A DNA stretch of 63,991 nucleotides, counting the filler, from Octopus bimaculoides (taxonomy: Eukaryota), in assembly GCF_001194135.2 (NCBI RefSeq). It is 6 parts of 5 records of this genome, joined end to end, with 100 filler letters (N's around TTAATTAATTAA, not from the genome) between each part and the next. Parts side by side here need not be neighbours in the genome. Positions count along the whole stretch, not along the records: positions 1 to 22,847 come from NC_068997.1; 5 more parts are not named here. One strand, 5' to 3'. Below the pieces are notes generated by a model. That model saw nothing but the letters and a program-made list of their open reading frames with translations. It had not been told where the DNA came from and did no database searches. Both the position numbers and the translations under genes were made by a program. This document shows positions 1 through 15,127 of the stretch, one piece after another (position 1 is the stretch's first letter; every line of letters begins with the position of its first letter).

Positions 1-33
<33 letters not shown>

Positions 34-58
34 CCATAAATGCATATATACGTACATA

Positions 59-89
<31 letters not shown>

Positions 90-102
90 ATGTGTGTGTG
101 TG
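1..102. repeat. (TA)n and (TG)n microsatellites
   Basis: Directly visible dinucleotide arrays. Confidence 0.95.
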
Positions 103-1342
103 TATTGTGAATGTGCAGCAATGTAAGATAATATGCTTGTATGCGAGTATTATGTAAACGTAATGAATTCCCTAGCATAAACTAGTGCTGCATTTATATG
201 TTAATGAGTAAAAATAATGTTGAACAAGATATATGAAAATATAGCTTTGTTTGGAGATCTACAAATGTTTACGCCTGCAGTGTGTTCGTTTGAGATTGTT
301 TTGTATTTCTGATGCATACTATTCTGTCTTAGCAACTTTACTTCCCGTTATTTAGACAATTCAACTAGAGACGCACATTTTGTGCTCAATAAAGCAGAGA
401 ATCTCCTGAAAACAAAGAACGCATCATATTCCGTTAGTTGTTATGTATTCAAGCTCACTTATAATATCTGAGTTTCACACGTCATCTACCTTCAACCATA
501 TCTCCCGAATCAGTTACCATATTTGAAGTTGACAGTGATGAATGATTATAAATGCACACAGGTATACAACGAAGGCACTTGCATTACATTATAGAATTGT
601 CTGCGCTCCGACTGGAAAGCGTGCAGATGGCTTTTAATCATCAAAGTATGTGTAGAGATTTAAAGCGTTTGTTTGAAATAAATCTGGATTCATTTTGACA
701 ATATGTTCTAGCTTCTCAGTGCAATTCTAACAAAAGAAATGATACATCTTCTTTATAACTGGTCCCTATCAGTTGTCAAAAGAATATTCTTGGCAATATT
801 TATATGTAGTTTATCTGTGCATACACTTAACAAGTAGTGGGGGACCTAGATATCTCAGCATCTTCATATATTTCATACAATATTCCAGTTCATATCTACG
901 TGAAAACAATTGTGAAAAACAAATGCTATTTTCCACAGTTAGACATTCTGCAAAATACGCAACCGCCTGGATTTACTTTTAAGGTTACTCCATAAAAATT
1001 ATATTTGACCACAGATTATCAATGTCATTCATTTTAGAAAACACTTCTTAACGATGGTTATTACTTCTGAGGAGAATGTTTCCGGATATATTCTGTTTTC
1101 AAGTAAGCATTAAAATATTATCGAACAATCCATAAATCTGGATTGTATATGTCACTTCTCTGGTGAGAAAATCTTTATGATTTTCTGGTTTCCATATGAA
1201 TCATCATGTAATGAATTAGAAATACGAGAATGAAAATAGATTGCAAATATCCATACATAACACCCCTACTAAATCTGCCACAGAAGATATGCCAATTTAG
1301 TCTCGTAATTACAAAAGGGATACATCTATAACTTTTTAATTT

Positions 1343-1512
1343 TTATTTGATTCACTCATTGGACTGCAGAAATGTTGGGGCATCGGTTGAAGACTTTGAG
1401 TCGAACGAATCGACCCCACTACATATGTGTTTATTTGTAAAACCGTGTACTTAATTCTATCAGTTCCTTTAGCTGAACCACTTATTCATGGTAACGTAAG
1501 CACATCGACCCC
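1343..1512 (-). mobile_element. Old, diverged 3' half of SINE family A
   Basis: Degenerate match to the reverse complement of the family A 3' half at 56950-57378 (gactgc..., gagtcgaacgaatcgacccc, tacttaattctatc, ctgaacc). Confidence 0.45.
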
Positions 1513-1829
1513 GGTCTGTATACAGTATCTAATGTATGGTTCCAGTTCTTTTACGCAACTATTTAACTTACCTGAAATTGTATAAATAATACATGTATTA
1601 TTTGCTTTGTTTCCACTTATGTAAAACGGCTACAGTTTACAGCAACAAACAAAAACAGCTTAATGCATACCGACGACAGTAGTGCGCGTAGGAAAGCAAA
1701 ATTAGTGAAAAGTGGTGTTGCAATTTTGTCCGATCAACCGTGATATGTATTATCCTATACATATCTCTTACATAAATATATACATGTGTGTGCAAATATG
1801 TTTGTGTGTGTCTCTGTCTGTCCGTTGTG

Positions 1830-1873
<44 letters not shown>

Positions 1874-2555
1874 CATTTGTGTGTGTGTGTGTATTTATTT
1901 ATTTGTTTATTTATTTATGCACTTTAACGAGTATAGAATTTCAATAATAGTAAAATGCATAGTGAAAATACTCATTAAATATCATTGAAATATAATAATA
2001 ATAATAAGCTACGTAACTTATATCATTTTTGTATTTTTGCAAAGTAAATGTCTTCGCACAAAATATGAACAAGAAGAATGGTTATTTTTATAAATCTATG
2101 TGTCCACCATATCCTGTAAAAATAAATTTGGTCCTGGGGATGATTCTGTAAACATATAATTGTATTACTTGCGCTTACGGTTCCCTTGCCCTGGTGACAA
2201 TCATGTTACGAATATATTTCGGTACATATAACAATCTGGAGACTTGCATTTAAATATTATATACGAAATCAATACAAATACCATCGGCTAAGATGGTCGT
2301 TCATAATTTCCCAAAATAACTACAATGTGCCCTCTGTGTAAATACTTATCATCGCCCATTGCATATGTATATCCAGTCAGCTTACAATGTGTAATAATAA
2401 TATATAACTGGTCAACGTATATAATCGAGAAGACTGTAATTTTACATAAGATTATAACATTTCATAATATATGAATGCGTGTGCATGAAAATGTACTGTA
2501 GATACACAAACAACAACTACAAAAAAGCTGCATTATATATATATAGTGTTTTATG

Positions 2556-2848
2556 CTATAGCCTCGGGGCGACTAAAACCTTGTGAATGGATCTTTTTGA
2601 CGGAAATTGGAAATCCGTTCTATACATACACGCATATATTTGTTTGTGTGATTGTGTTTATTCCCCCGCCACCGTTTGACAACCGATGCTCGTGTGTTTA
2701 TGTCCCCATTAATTAGCGGTTCGGCCAAAGAGACCGATAGAATAAGTACTAGGCTTACAAAGAATACGTCTAGTGGACGATTTCTTCTACTAACACGCTT
2801 TAAGACGGTGTTCCAGCATAGCTGCAGTCAAATGACTGAAACAAGTAA
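2556..2848 (+). mobile_element. 5'-truncated SINE family A
   Basis: ctatagcctcgggg...gacaaccgatgct...agcggttcggc...gatagaataagtactaggcttacaaagaata...gcagtcaaatgactgaaacaagtaa, colinear with 56950-57378. Confidence 0.8.
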
Positions 2849-2862
2849 TAACATGATCAAGT

Positions 2863-2927
<65 letters not shown>

Positions 2928-3420
2928 NNNNNNNNNNNNNNNNNNNNNNNNNNNNNNNNNNNNNNNNNNNNNNNNNNNNNNNNNNNNNNNNNNNNNNNNN
3001 NNNNNNNNNNNNNNNNNNNNNNNNNNNNNNNNNNNNNNNNNNNNNNNNNNNNNNNNNNNNNNNNNNNNNNNNNNNNNNNNNNNNNNNNNNNNNNNNNNNN
3101 NNNNNNNNNNNNNNNNNNNNNNNNNNNNNNNNNNNNNNNNNNNNNNNNNNNNNNNNNNNNNNNNNNNNNNNNNNNNNNNNNNNNNNNNNNNNNNNNNNNN
3201 NNNNNNNNNNNNNNNNNNNNNNNNNNNNNNNNNNNNNNNNNNNNNNNNNNNNNNNNNNNNNNNNNNNNNNNNNNNNNNNNNNNNNNNNNNNNNNNNNNNN
3301 NNNNNNNNNNNTAATAATTTTTTTCCAGAGGATGTAGCAACCGTTACCAATATAGCATAAGAACTTACCTTAGGAGATCATTAATTAGATTCCTTAAGGG
3401 TCGTTCTCACAGTTTATATT

Positions 3421-3917
3421 TATATCATAAGATTTTTAAACTTTTAAATTTTCATATTCAAAAGAGACAGAGACTTCAAATTCGATATATCGATTTATTC
3501 ACCACTCTATGTTAACATTTCTGTGCCAAACTTATCCAGTGACTGATCCATTGGATTTAGACGTTTGGCACTTCTTCAGGAGTGGTTACCTTTCGAACAA
3601 AACACGAAAAAACACATACATAACTATTATTAGGTATTTAGGACATCGTTAGCTTTCGTGTCCTAAAGACCTAATAATAGTTATGTATGTGTTTTTTCGT
3701 GTCCTAAAGACCTAATAATAGTTATGTATGTGTTTTTTCGTGTTTTGTTCGAAAGGTAACCACTCCTGAAGAAGTGCCAAACGTCTAAATCCAATGGACC
3801 AGTCACTGGATAAGTTTGGCACAGAAATGTTAACATAGAGTGGTGAATAAATCGATATATCGAATTTGAAGTCTCTGTCTCTTTTGAATATGAAAATTTA
3901 AAAGTTTAAAAATCTTA

Positions 3918-3924
<7 letters not shown>
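3421..3924. repeat. Near-perfect foldback inverted repeat (arms ~225 bp) with an internal 41-bp tandem duplication
   Basis: 3421-3648 is the reverse complement of the right arm ending at 3924, with 2 substitutions seen. Centre is taggacatcg-ttagcttt-cgtgtccta. The 41-bp unit starts at ~3657 and ~3698. Confidence 0.95.
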
Positions 3925-3975
<51 letters not shown>

Positions 3976-3990
3976 TAAGATTTTTAAACT

Positions 3991-4021
<31 letters not shown>

Positions 4022-4332
4022 ATATATGTAAGTGGGTGTATGTGTGTGTGTGTGTGTGTATATATATTGTCCATTTTGAAGAGAAGTCGTTACTAGCTAG
4101 CTTTGAAGTCACCTTCGAAAAGTCAGATGTGAGTTTACCTGTAAGGAGACTGTGCAATTATTAATAAGATGGATGTTGAAATTAATACATGCAAGATTTC
4201 ACCGATTTTGTTTATTCTTCATAGTTAGCATATGAACTTTTTCGGACATAGACATATCATTCTCTCTATATGTGTGTATGTATGTATGTATGTATGTATG
4301 TATGTATGTATGGGTATACCCACACACACATT

Positions 4333-4363
<31 letters not shown>

Positions 4364-5898
4364 GTATATATATATATATATATGTGTGTGTGTATTTGTA
4401 CATATATATGTATATACATATATATACATATACATGCGTGTGTGTATATGTAAATATGTGTAGTCATGTATGTGTATATGTACATGTACATATATATATA
4501 TTTCGGTGCGAAGGATTTATATATATGTGTTTGTGTGTGTGTGCTTGTGTGTGTGTGCTTATATGTATGTCATATATATATATATGTGTATACATATAGG
4601 TAGATAGACTAGAGAGATATATTGAGAGAAACCTTTACTTATACACANNNNNNNNNNNNNNNNNNNNNNNNNNNNNNNNNNNNNNNNNNNNNNNNNNNNN
4701 NNNNNNNNNNNNNNNNNNNNNNNNNNNNNNNNNNNNNNNNNNNNNNNNNNNNNNNNNNNNNNNNNNNNNNNNNNNNNNNNNNNNNNNNNNNNNNNNNNNN
4801 NNNNNNNNNNNNNNNNNNNNNNNNNNNNNNNNNNNNNNNNNNNNNNNNNNNNNNNNNNNNNNNNNNNNNNNNNNNNNNNNNNNNNNNNNNNNNNNNNNNN
4901 NNNNNNNNNNNNNNNNNNNNNNNNNNNNNNNNNNNNNNNNNNNNNNNNNNNNNNNNNNNNNNNNNNNNNNNNNNNNNNNNNNNNNNNNNNNNNNNNNNNN
5001 NNNNNNNNNNNNNNNNNNNNNNNNNNNNNNNNNNNNNNNNNNNNNNNNNNNNNNNNNNNNNNNNNNNNNNNNNNNNNNNNNNNNNNNNNNNNNNNNNNNN
5101 NNNNNNNNNNNNNNNNNNNNNNNNNNNNNNNNNNNNNNNNNNNNNNNNNNNNNNNNNNNNNNNNNNNNNNNNNNNNNNNNNNNNNNNNNNNNNNNNNNNN
5201 NNNNNNNNNNNNNNNNNNNNNNNNNNNNNNNNNNNNNNNNNNNNNNNNNNNNNNNNNNNNNNNNNNNNNNNNNTCTGTGTGTGTGTTTGTGTTTATTCCT
5301 CTGCCATCGCTTTACAACCGATGCTGGTATGATTATATCCCCATACATAAATATACATACATACTTATGCATACACGCACACACAAACACACACGCATAT
5401 ATATATATATTGACTACATTAATTTCTGTGCTTTTTTTAATTTTTTTTTATTTTTCAATACAATTTACCACATGGGTGAAATGATTTTATTCTGGAACTG
5501 TCCATGATGTAATGAATGCGTATGTATATCATAGGCATATACATATACATCGATATATACTATCACATACATTCATACAAAGACACACATACACACACAC
5601 ACGCACACACACACACCCACACACACACACACACAGAGACATACTCACACTCGTACATATACGCAAAAATATCGGTGACATCGATTTCGTCAGTGGAAAA
5701 TGGCCAAACATTTCCCCTCAGCAACAAAAACGTCATAAAGCACCGATGGTGTACTATAACGGACTATAGATATTTCATATACTGAATGAACCATAAATCA
5801 TGGACACGAAAGTAAGATAAGCAATATTACACAGGCTGCAAAATATAAAGCACACACACACACGCACACACACACACACACTCACGCACACACACACG

Positions 5899-5931
<33 letters not shown>

Positions 5932-5941
5932 AAACATATAC

Positions 5942-5973
<32 letters not shown>

Positions 5974-6718
5974 ATTATGTGTGTTTATATACATATAAAC
6001 ACATATATGCACAGAGTATCCTATGATTGGATTAAAGCCAACTGAAAGTTCCTTCAAATGCAACTTTAAAGTGTTTACACTTCGGCATTTATATCGTCTA
6101 ACAGACAAGATGTTATGACGTGTTGAATGAAATAAAGTAGATTAAAATTATCTTTTTCTTCTAGATCATCCGCCAGGCCAGCACATAAAGTTGTATCCAG
6201 ATAATAATAGTCGATTTATATGAATGTTCCTTTTTTTACTCTTTTTTTTCTTGCTTGTATATTGCTGGTTTGTTGATTCTAGCGATATAGGGTGAGAACG
6301 AGTAAAACACATATAAAAAAACGATATAGCGATAAGATGCTTGACGAGTGTTCATCCTCGACCAGGTGACAGGCAATGAGTAAAGAACGCTACAAACACA
6401 TACAGTGAAGTGGGAAAAAAGAGAGAGTTGATGGGTAGTATTATTCAGATGTGAGATTTAATTTAATTAAATTTTAGTTTAATAATTTTTTAGTTTCAAA
6501 ATCTTTATCCATTTCATGATTTTGTATAAGCACGAATACATTTAATAAAAGTTAATTTCTATTTTTTACATTTCTAATAAATTTGTTGATATTACGCATG
6601 GTTTCAAAAGTATACTTCTAAAGTTAGCATACACATGATGGATAACACTGGTATCAGGAAGAACACGTAATATAAGCATTCTCAGTAGATTAGATTATAC
6701 ACATGCGTACACACGCGC

Positions 6719-6768
<50 letters not shown>

Positions 6769-7190
6769 NNNNNNNNNNNNNNNNNNNNNNNNNNNNNNNN
6801 NNNNNNNNNNNNNNNNNNNNNNNNNNNNNNNNNNNNNNNNNNNNNNNNNNNNNNNNNNNNNNNNNNNNNNNNNNNNNNNNNNNNNNNNNNNNNNNNNTAT
6901 ATATATGCACACACATACGTACGCACATTCAGGAGTGTAATAATGAAATAAACAAATGTGCTTCAAGAGGAAACAGCTGGCATTTAAACCTACCTACCTA
7001 TTTAGCTATGTACCTATCTCTATATGGTGTTAATCATAGAACGAATTAATAAAACGTAAAAGAAAAGAAAATAAGTGTTTTGTCTTGTTTTACGGTTAAT
7101 CCAGCCTGGTACACACGTGTGTGCGCATATATATAAATAAATATACGCAGGTTTCTATTTATGCAAACATTCACGCACGGACTTACATAA

Positions 7191-7239
<49 letters not shown>

Positions 7240-7379
7240 CACACACATATGCGATTATGCATGCAGACACACGCACGCTCACGGACACACGCACGTATAC
7301 ATATATCTGTGTTCGTATATATATATTTGTGTGTATATCATATATTTATATATTAATAACTAAATGGAAATGAGTACGC

Positions 7380-7434
<55 letters not shown>

Positions 7435-9059
7435 TGTGTGCTGTGGATAGAAGTATGGCTGGGCATATTAATAGTATGGATTGTATCCTGTATAATGTAC
7501 TTATTTTCCTATCATAACCGGGATGAATTTGATACCAGTATTCAAGTATAAGCGTACTAGTGATGGTGGCGATGTTGATAGCGGTGGTTGTTGTGATTGC
7601 CACGATAGCCATTATGGCGACTACTGTCGTGTTAGTGTCGGTAACAAATTTAACTCTAGCATCATGAGATCGACGATGAGGAGGTTGAGAAGAATATATT
7701 TCTCTGACGATGCTTGTAATAATGCTAGAGACAACCACTCTGATGACGACGACTACAACGATGATGATGATGTGATGATGATGACGAGGGTGGATGTGGT
7801 GGTCGTCGTCGTAGGGGTGGTGGCACTGGTGGAGGTGCTGGTTGCGGTGGTGATTGTGTTAGTGGTTATTGCGTAATCATAAAAATTATTATAGTAATTA
7901 AATGGTGTCAATATGCTTTTAAATAGAAGTGTTTAAGATGTTATATTGAGAGTCAAGAAATTCAGAAAGTACGCTATTTTGTCATTTTAAATATTTTGGG
8001 GCTATTTATTTTATTTTATAAATAATTCAAAACAAACGCCTCATGAATTTGCTTTACGTGCAATTTTCATCTTAGGTGGTAAAAGTTGCAAATCTTATTA
8101 TTTTGCGTGTCTTGTCGGTTTATTTTTTCTTTTGTTAATCATAACCTTTCACAATTAACACCATAGCGTTCGGAGAAGATAACCTATTTTAATTGCAATG
8201 CATACAACACTTTAAGGCGGTGAGCTAGCAGGATCAAACAGTGCTAAATGGTTACAAAAATGACATTTAATAGCAAAAATTGCTGCCTGCGTATATAGAC
8301 ACAAACTATAACTATTCGAAGACTAGGCTACATCGAAGCAACTCCTGTCCACTCTATCACTCGACCGATTAAATTTAGAGAACCTTATCTTGGGGCTGTC
8401 ACTAGACATGTTCATTCAACCTTGTCAGCCTTAGTTATTGGCGCAATATACAGTCACGTGATATTAACGCACGGACCAAGTGGGAAAACTAGAATAATTT
8501 CTGAGACTACTACTAATTGCATTATCTTGCTCTATTACATTCCACAAATAAACTTCAGAAAGCCTTGATGCTAGACATCGTCAATAGACATATTCAGTCA
8601 AGCGTTACAATTTTAACTAGCGGCGCCAAAGATATTGCGACATAATATTAAATGATGGACGTAACATGGAACATATAAAACTTTCTAAACCTGATCACGT
8701 AATCATCCTCGACCCATTAAAATGAATGCAGTACAGACACTAATTTTAGCCATGTTCTCTATAAAAACAAGTAAAATTTTGAACTCCAGTCAAAAGCAAT
8801 CAGTTGCAGGAAAGCTCGACATATTTCTATCTCATATTTGAATATCAGAAAAATCTTTGAAACGAATCTCAGTGCATCTTCAACTTCATTTTTACATATC
8901 TACTAATCTAGAATAGAAAGTATTTGTTTTCTCTCTCTCTNNNNNNNNNNNNNNNNNNNNNNNNNNNNNNNNNNNNNNNNNNNNNNNNNNNNNNNNNNNN
9001 NNNNNNNNNNNNNNNNNNNNNNNNNNNNNNNNNNNNNNNNNNNNNNNNNNNNNNNNNNN

Positions 9060-9090
<31 letters not shown>

Positions 9091-9390
9091 ACAGAAAGGA
9101 CAACAAAAGAAAATAAGGGACCTCGATATTATGTAAATAGAGGAATTTATCTGTAAAAATATGTGACACTTCTTGGGTGAAAAATTTTTCACAGTAATTT
9201 TCAATGGCCGGATAACTGAATAGATGGCGGCGTGGGTTCCCACCCCGGCATCCGAAACTCAGAGTTTTATCATGGCTACCGAATAAGTTTAAATAAATCT
9301 GTCCGACGAACGGGAATCTGATACTCTGAGTAACAGTCTGGTGTTCGAGTACTATTTCCCCACCTTGTTTCGCATTTATATGCCTACTCT

Positions 9391-9425
<35 letters not shown>

Positions 9426-9707
9426 CATTCGTTAGTATTTTTTTGTGTAAGTATTGTGATACGCACTTGTTCTTCTTTAAACTTCTAACTTATAAATCTT
9501 GATCTCGTACGAAATTTAATTTCACTAAACTCACGTCTACTTCTATTAAAGCGACGAAAAGACATAAAAAACTATGGTAAAGTATGGACTTTAATTAAAA
9601 GTTTCTCTAAATTTCTATATTTCTTAAGCGCATCCAAATATCATTCATCTAAATCTTAACTAGCACACCTTTTTCTTTTCTCTCCTTGTTTTCCCCTTAT
9701 CATCAGT

Positions 9708-9823
9708 TCTTCTTCTTCTTCTTCTTCTTCTTCTTCTTCTTCTTCTTCTTCTTCTTCTTCTTCTTCTTCTTCTTCTTCTTCTTCTTCTTCTTCTTCTTCT
9801 TCTTCTTCTTCTTCTTCTTCTTC
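9708..9823. repeat. (TTC)n trinucleotide microsatellite
   Basis: Directly visible pure array. Confidence 0.97.
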
Positions 9824-12800
9824 TACAGTTCAGCATAACTATACTCTTCAGCATTTCGTTGTTTATCTGTCCAAACAAATATATCAGGATTAATTTCTAC
9901 TCTAACCGCTTATGTAGTTAGGACAACGCCATCCTATTTTAACCCATACTGACATGGCACTGAATATAACTCCACCCATAAATCTGACAAAAGCATATAA
10001 CCAGTACCAAACACTACATATCCCATTCTGGAACGAATCTAGACAACATCAAAACTTCGATGTTATTGGAGTAATTTTTATTGTAAAATATGATTTATTC
10101 ACTACTTAAATGTAACGAATGCTTCATCAGTTTATACCTCGTAAATCTTTCAATAAATTTATAGCAGAACGTAAAGATCTACACATAAAAATGTTCTTCA
10201 TACGTTTAGAGTTTACAACGTCAAGAAAGAAAAATCTGCTGTTAACAAACGAAATATCATTATTTGTCCCAGTTATGTCGCATTAAGTTTTATCATTATA
10301 ATGACTGGTATTATTATAACACCAGTTATTCCCTATAAGTGAACTGATAAAATTGCAGTTGAACAAAATTCTGTTCTTTCTCTTTTTACAAACTTATGTG
10401 AATTGAGATATCACAAGGCAAAATTTATTTTGCACCAAATTTAGATTTATACCCATGAGATTATGTTATGTACAAGCTTTATAAAATATATGAAGATACA
10501 TTGTATTAAACTGATTTTGAAGTGGAAGAAAATGTCAGATTAAAAGACCATTTCAAACGAATCACGCAACATGCAGCAAAGAATTTCAAATGTCCATAAT
10601 CATATCTTTATAGAAAACTGATGCATAATGAAACACTTTTTATCTAGTTGCACGCCTATCGGAATCAGCATGAATAAACTGAATGGAAAAGGTTTAGATA
10701 AGTGAAAAACAGAAATCACAGAATGGGATAGGATAAGAGATTTCCAAATCTTTGAAAGGATTGTGCATATACCTTCGACTGCATTGAATTATTTAGTTAT
10801 AAAATGGGTTATAACTGCGTTTGGAGAGAACGTTGATGTTATTAAAATATTAAAGCGTTCGCATGCTAATACGATCCAATTATTAACGTGTTTGTGATCA
10901 GAAAATCATACTATACGATTTATAGCTATTTCTGCTTTCAAATCTAGCGTAGAAGATTCTATCACAATCTCTAGCTTATGGGAATATTCTTATTGGTTAA
11001 TTCATGCTTTCACATACATATACATACATTCGCATGTCAAATGAACCATTATGCAGAAGTATCATCTTGTGAGAAATTAGCACAATGAAAGAAACAAAGT
11101 CAAGTTTTCCTTAGAAATTTATAAAAATTCTAACGCAAAGAACAATTGTCCCTTATTCAGTAAACGCAACAGCTTATGCATAATGCATTATTGCACGATT
11201 TATAATGGTGGATGCAGCATAAAAGCATTTGAGCCACAGTCAATTAGATAGCCTCGACTTATTTTCAACCTAGGAACCTTTATTCTCCCACAGTCCATAT
11301 TAACCTACTTTCATGTTTCCAACTTCACCAGCAACTGGATATTTATTTACTTGCAGATTCTTGTGAAGTAAGTAGTGCCTCTTACACCAGCCCCGCCCGA
11401 AACCAGTGAACTCGAGGGTATTAATTCTCTGTTAAAACTGCTGCATATTAACAACTACGAATAAAGACAGGTGCAGCGAAAAGATTCTCGATCTTCAATT
11501 TTCCTGAGAAAAAATTACGCATATCATTTAATGCGAGTAATAAAAGTTAGGGACTTGTTAGTTATAGTCATTGAGAATTGCTAGTACGAGACCACACTGC
11601 CCCAAATCACATAAACTCTTGTTGTAGCGATGAAGACCAGTCAGCACCAAAGCATAGAAGCTACTATTGTAACGGTAAAGAACAAGCCACAGCACACCCA
11701 AGGGTTTAAGATTCGAACAAGTATTTTAAGGCCGTTCAGGTGGATTTTCTGTGTATGCAATCAATATTGTTTATGCGTGCAGATGCATAATTGTCTCACT
11801 CTCAACTTCTTTTGAATATCAGTACGTTTGTAGGGTTTAAGAAATTGATTTGATTTTACAAATCTAGCAATGTTATATTAACGTTATCTTTCGCCATGAT
11901 AGACTCTCCGTTGTATTGAGGTCTAGCATTTAGAGCGACCGTGAAATATCTCCATCAGCACAATTCATATTTGGTGTGGAGTGCTGAGTTTGGTTGTAAA
12001 TGTAGGTTAATAACATACTTTTTTTCTGTTTCTTTCTTCATAGATGTGTGTGAATGTATATTGTCTTGTATAGGTACGAGAACTTGATTTCGCTGCTACA
12101 TCCGCACCTATTCTGTTCTATCTCGTTCACACTCTTTCGCAGCATGCATTACGTCAGACTATACACATGTATATTCTTATATTCCTTCGAGTAGAAATCG
12201 GTTTTCAGAAAGCCTTATCCCGTGCAGCAACGTTCACATCTTGTAACACTTACTAGGTTGGGAAATCATTTGTTGTTTTGTTTGTTTTACTGTGAGTTGA
12301 AAGGAAAAAAGCCTGTGACTTTTTGTATTACTAAAGAAAATTGAATGCATCTGGCATTTCATAAACCTTCATAAACATATAAATATATACATATATATAT
12401 GTATATATCTATATGTATATTTATATATACACATATGTATATATATANNNNNNNNNNNNNNNNNNNNNNNNNNNNNNNNNNNNNNNNNNNNNNNNNNNNN
12501 NNNNNNNNNNNNNNNNNNNNNNNNNNNNNNNNNNNNNNNNNNNNNNNNNNNNNNNNNNNNNNNNNNNNNNNNNNNNNNNNNNNNNNNNNNNNNNNNNNNN
12601 NNNNNNNNNNNNNNNNNNNNNNNNNNNNNNNNNNNNNNNNNNNNNNNNNNNNNNNNNNNNNNNNNNNNNNNNNNNNNNNNNNNNNNNNNNNNNNNNNNNN
12701 NNNNNNNNNNNNNNNNNNNNNNNNNNNNNNNNNNNNNNNNNNNNNNNNNNNNNNNNNNNNNNNNNNNNNNNNNNNNNNNNNNNNNNNNNNNATATATATA

Positions 12801-14120
12801 TTCAAATGGAAATCAGCAAGCAGGACTAGGGTTACAAGTTCATGAAATGCAGTATAGTTACAAAACGAACAAAATTTATGAAATATATGTTCTGGAAACT
12901 AGAGATAATTTGGGGTGTTGCAGGAGTTATATTTCGTGTACTGAACTTCTCATTTACCAGAAATCGTGTTGTTAATCAATTTCAAATAACGTTGTGAATC
13001 TGACTGGTATTTTTATTTTTTTTTAAATTTCTAAGTGGTTTGGTTGATCACCCTCAGATAACGTTATACGTTGCGGGTCTATGATCAAATTTATTCATGT
13101 TTTCACATTTTTATATTTATTCTAACATTATGAACTCCGGACTAAATTATACAGATGCCCATTTGTAAACACGGTTGGGTTTGATTCAAAAACAAATGAA
13201 TATAATTTCCAATAGGCTTCAGCGATCATATAGATATTGTTGACACTGAACTATTTTCAATAGTTTTCAGCTGGTGTCGGAGTTATATGCTGCACACCAT
13301 TTGAATTTGCTGAAGCTCATAAAAATTTAACTGTTAGGAAATAAATGAAATTCCAAAGCTACATATATGTCACTAGGAAACATTAAACATAGAGCCATGT
13401 ATAGACGGTTTCAAGTTTTTTGTGCCGCGCTCACTATTCCTCCTCCTTCTTCTTCTTCTTCTTCTTCTTCTTCTTCTTCTTCTGCCATCTCCTACTTTTC
13501 CTCAACTCTGGCGTTTCTTTTATTTATTTATTTACACTTCTATCTTATTAATCACTTGTGATATGAATACGAATGTTGTACTCAATATCCCGCTAAAGAA
13601 AATATGTCATTGTTACTTTCACCCAGCCTGTCTCTATTCATTCGGCTTTTTGCATGATGAAGGAGCTTGTGTAATTGCTATGGCAGAAGAAAACTGCAGA
13701 ACAACATTGTTGTATATGTAATGGATATGTTGTGGATTTCTATACTACCTCATGCTACAGTTGATAGATTTTTATTCACTTTACCTGTTATAAAGAAGCT
13801 TCAAGACGAACAGTCTGAAAGTTTTTGTTCATTTTAGGCAACCAATGATCTTCGACTTACAGAAACTGGAAAACTTTAATTGAAGTATATATCAACCACA
13901 ATGCTGGCATTCTTATTTTTCGAAATGGGAATAAAACCAGAATTAAGTTTTAGATATATTACGAGGCAGAAACTTAAAATGTGTAGTAAAATAATTCTAG
14001 ACAATTTCTCCGGTTGTCAATATAACACTATTGATTACTTACATGTACATGATGTTTCATGCATATGTGTGTGAGTATGCATGTGTGTATGCGCGTGTGT
14101 GCCTGTGTGTATTCTTTTTT

Positions 14121-14348
14121 TCTTTTGTTTCTTTCAGTTAGGACTGCGGCCATGCTGGAGCACCGCCTTAAAGAGTTTTTCTTGACGAAATCGACCCCAT
14201 GACTTATTCTTTGTAAGCCAGCCTAGTACTTATTCTATCGGATGCTTTGCCGAACCGTTAAAATACGGGGACGTAAACACACCAGCATCGGTTATCAACC
14301 GGTGGAAGAGGGACAAACACACACACAAACAAACACACACACATACAT

Positions 14349-14385
<37 letters not shown>
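14121..14385 (-). mobile_element. SINE family A, 3' half plus internal (CA)/(TA) tract
   Basis: gactgcggccatgctggagcaccgcc...tagtacttattctatcgg...gccgaaccg...ggggacgtaaacacaccagcatcggtt, reverse complement of family A. Confidence 0.85.
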
Positions 14386-14959
14386 AATATTGTTATAAAC
14401 TTTAATATGCTGGAGTGATATAACACCTACCCCGGTAACCGTAAACCAGTAGAGACACGTATAACTCTGACAGCCTCCTACGTAGTTATTTCTTTTATTG
14501 TCCACAAAGGACCAACAGTGAGGGGAGGATACAGGACATTACGTGCGAGGCCGAAAAAAGAAAAATTCGAAGGAGCAGATCTATGATTAATAAATGAAAA
14601 GATGAAATGATGCTCACACGTGCTCTATAACTCAAGCAACATCATTGAACATATATTTTCAAAAACTAACATAAATTATCAGTTTTTTTTTCTACTTGCT
14701 TGGTGAAATCACCTTTGTTTTTGTGTTTATCACTTTTTTATTCTCTTCGTTTGTTTCTGTTAAATGTTCATGTGTATTCTTGTTTTGTAAAGTCTTGTAA
14801 TTTATGGACGTTTGGGTTCGTGGGAGGAGGAGAACGAGACTTTTCTTTTTTCTCTTCTTACCAGCCACCTGACATTCAACGTCACTATTCTTTGTAGAAG
14901 TTGTAAACGGTGCTACTCCTTCCGTCGTGACTGTCTCTCCTGCCACCGTCTCTTTTATT

Positions 14960-15032
14960 TCTGATTTTAACTTTAATAACGAATTTCCTCATTGTTATAT
15001 TACCAATTTCTTCCGATGACATATTATTTCCG

Positions 15033-15127
<95 letters not shown>

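Noticed and set aside
3760-3800. ctgaagaagtgccaaacgtc as a hammerhead within the foldback
   Set aside because: No helix II, no GAAA and no helix I pairing.
7523-7876. 117-aa D/V-rich ORF
   Set aside because: Degenerate GAT/GGT/GTT trinucleotide region; no domain.
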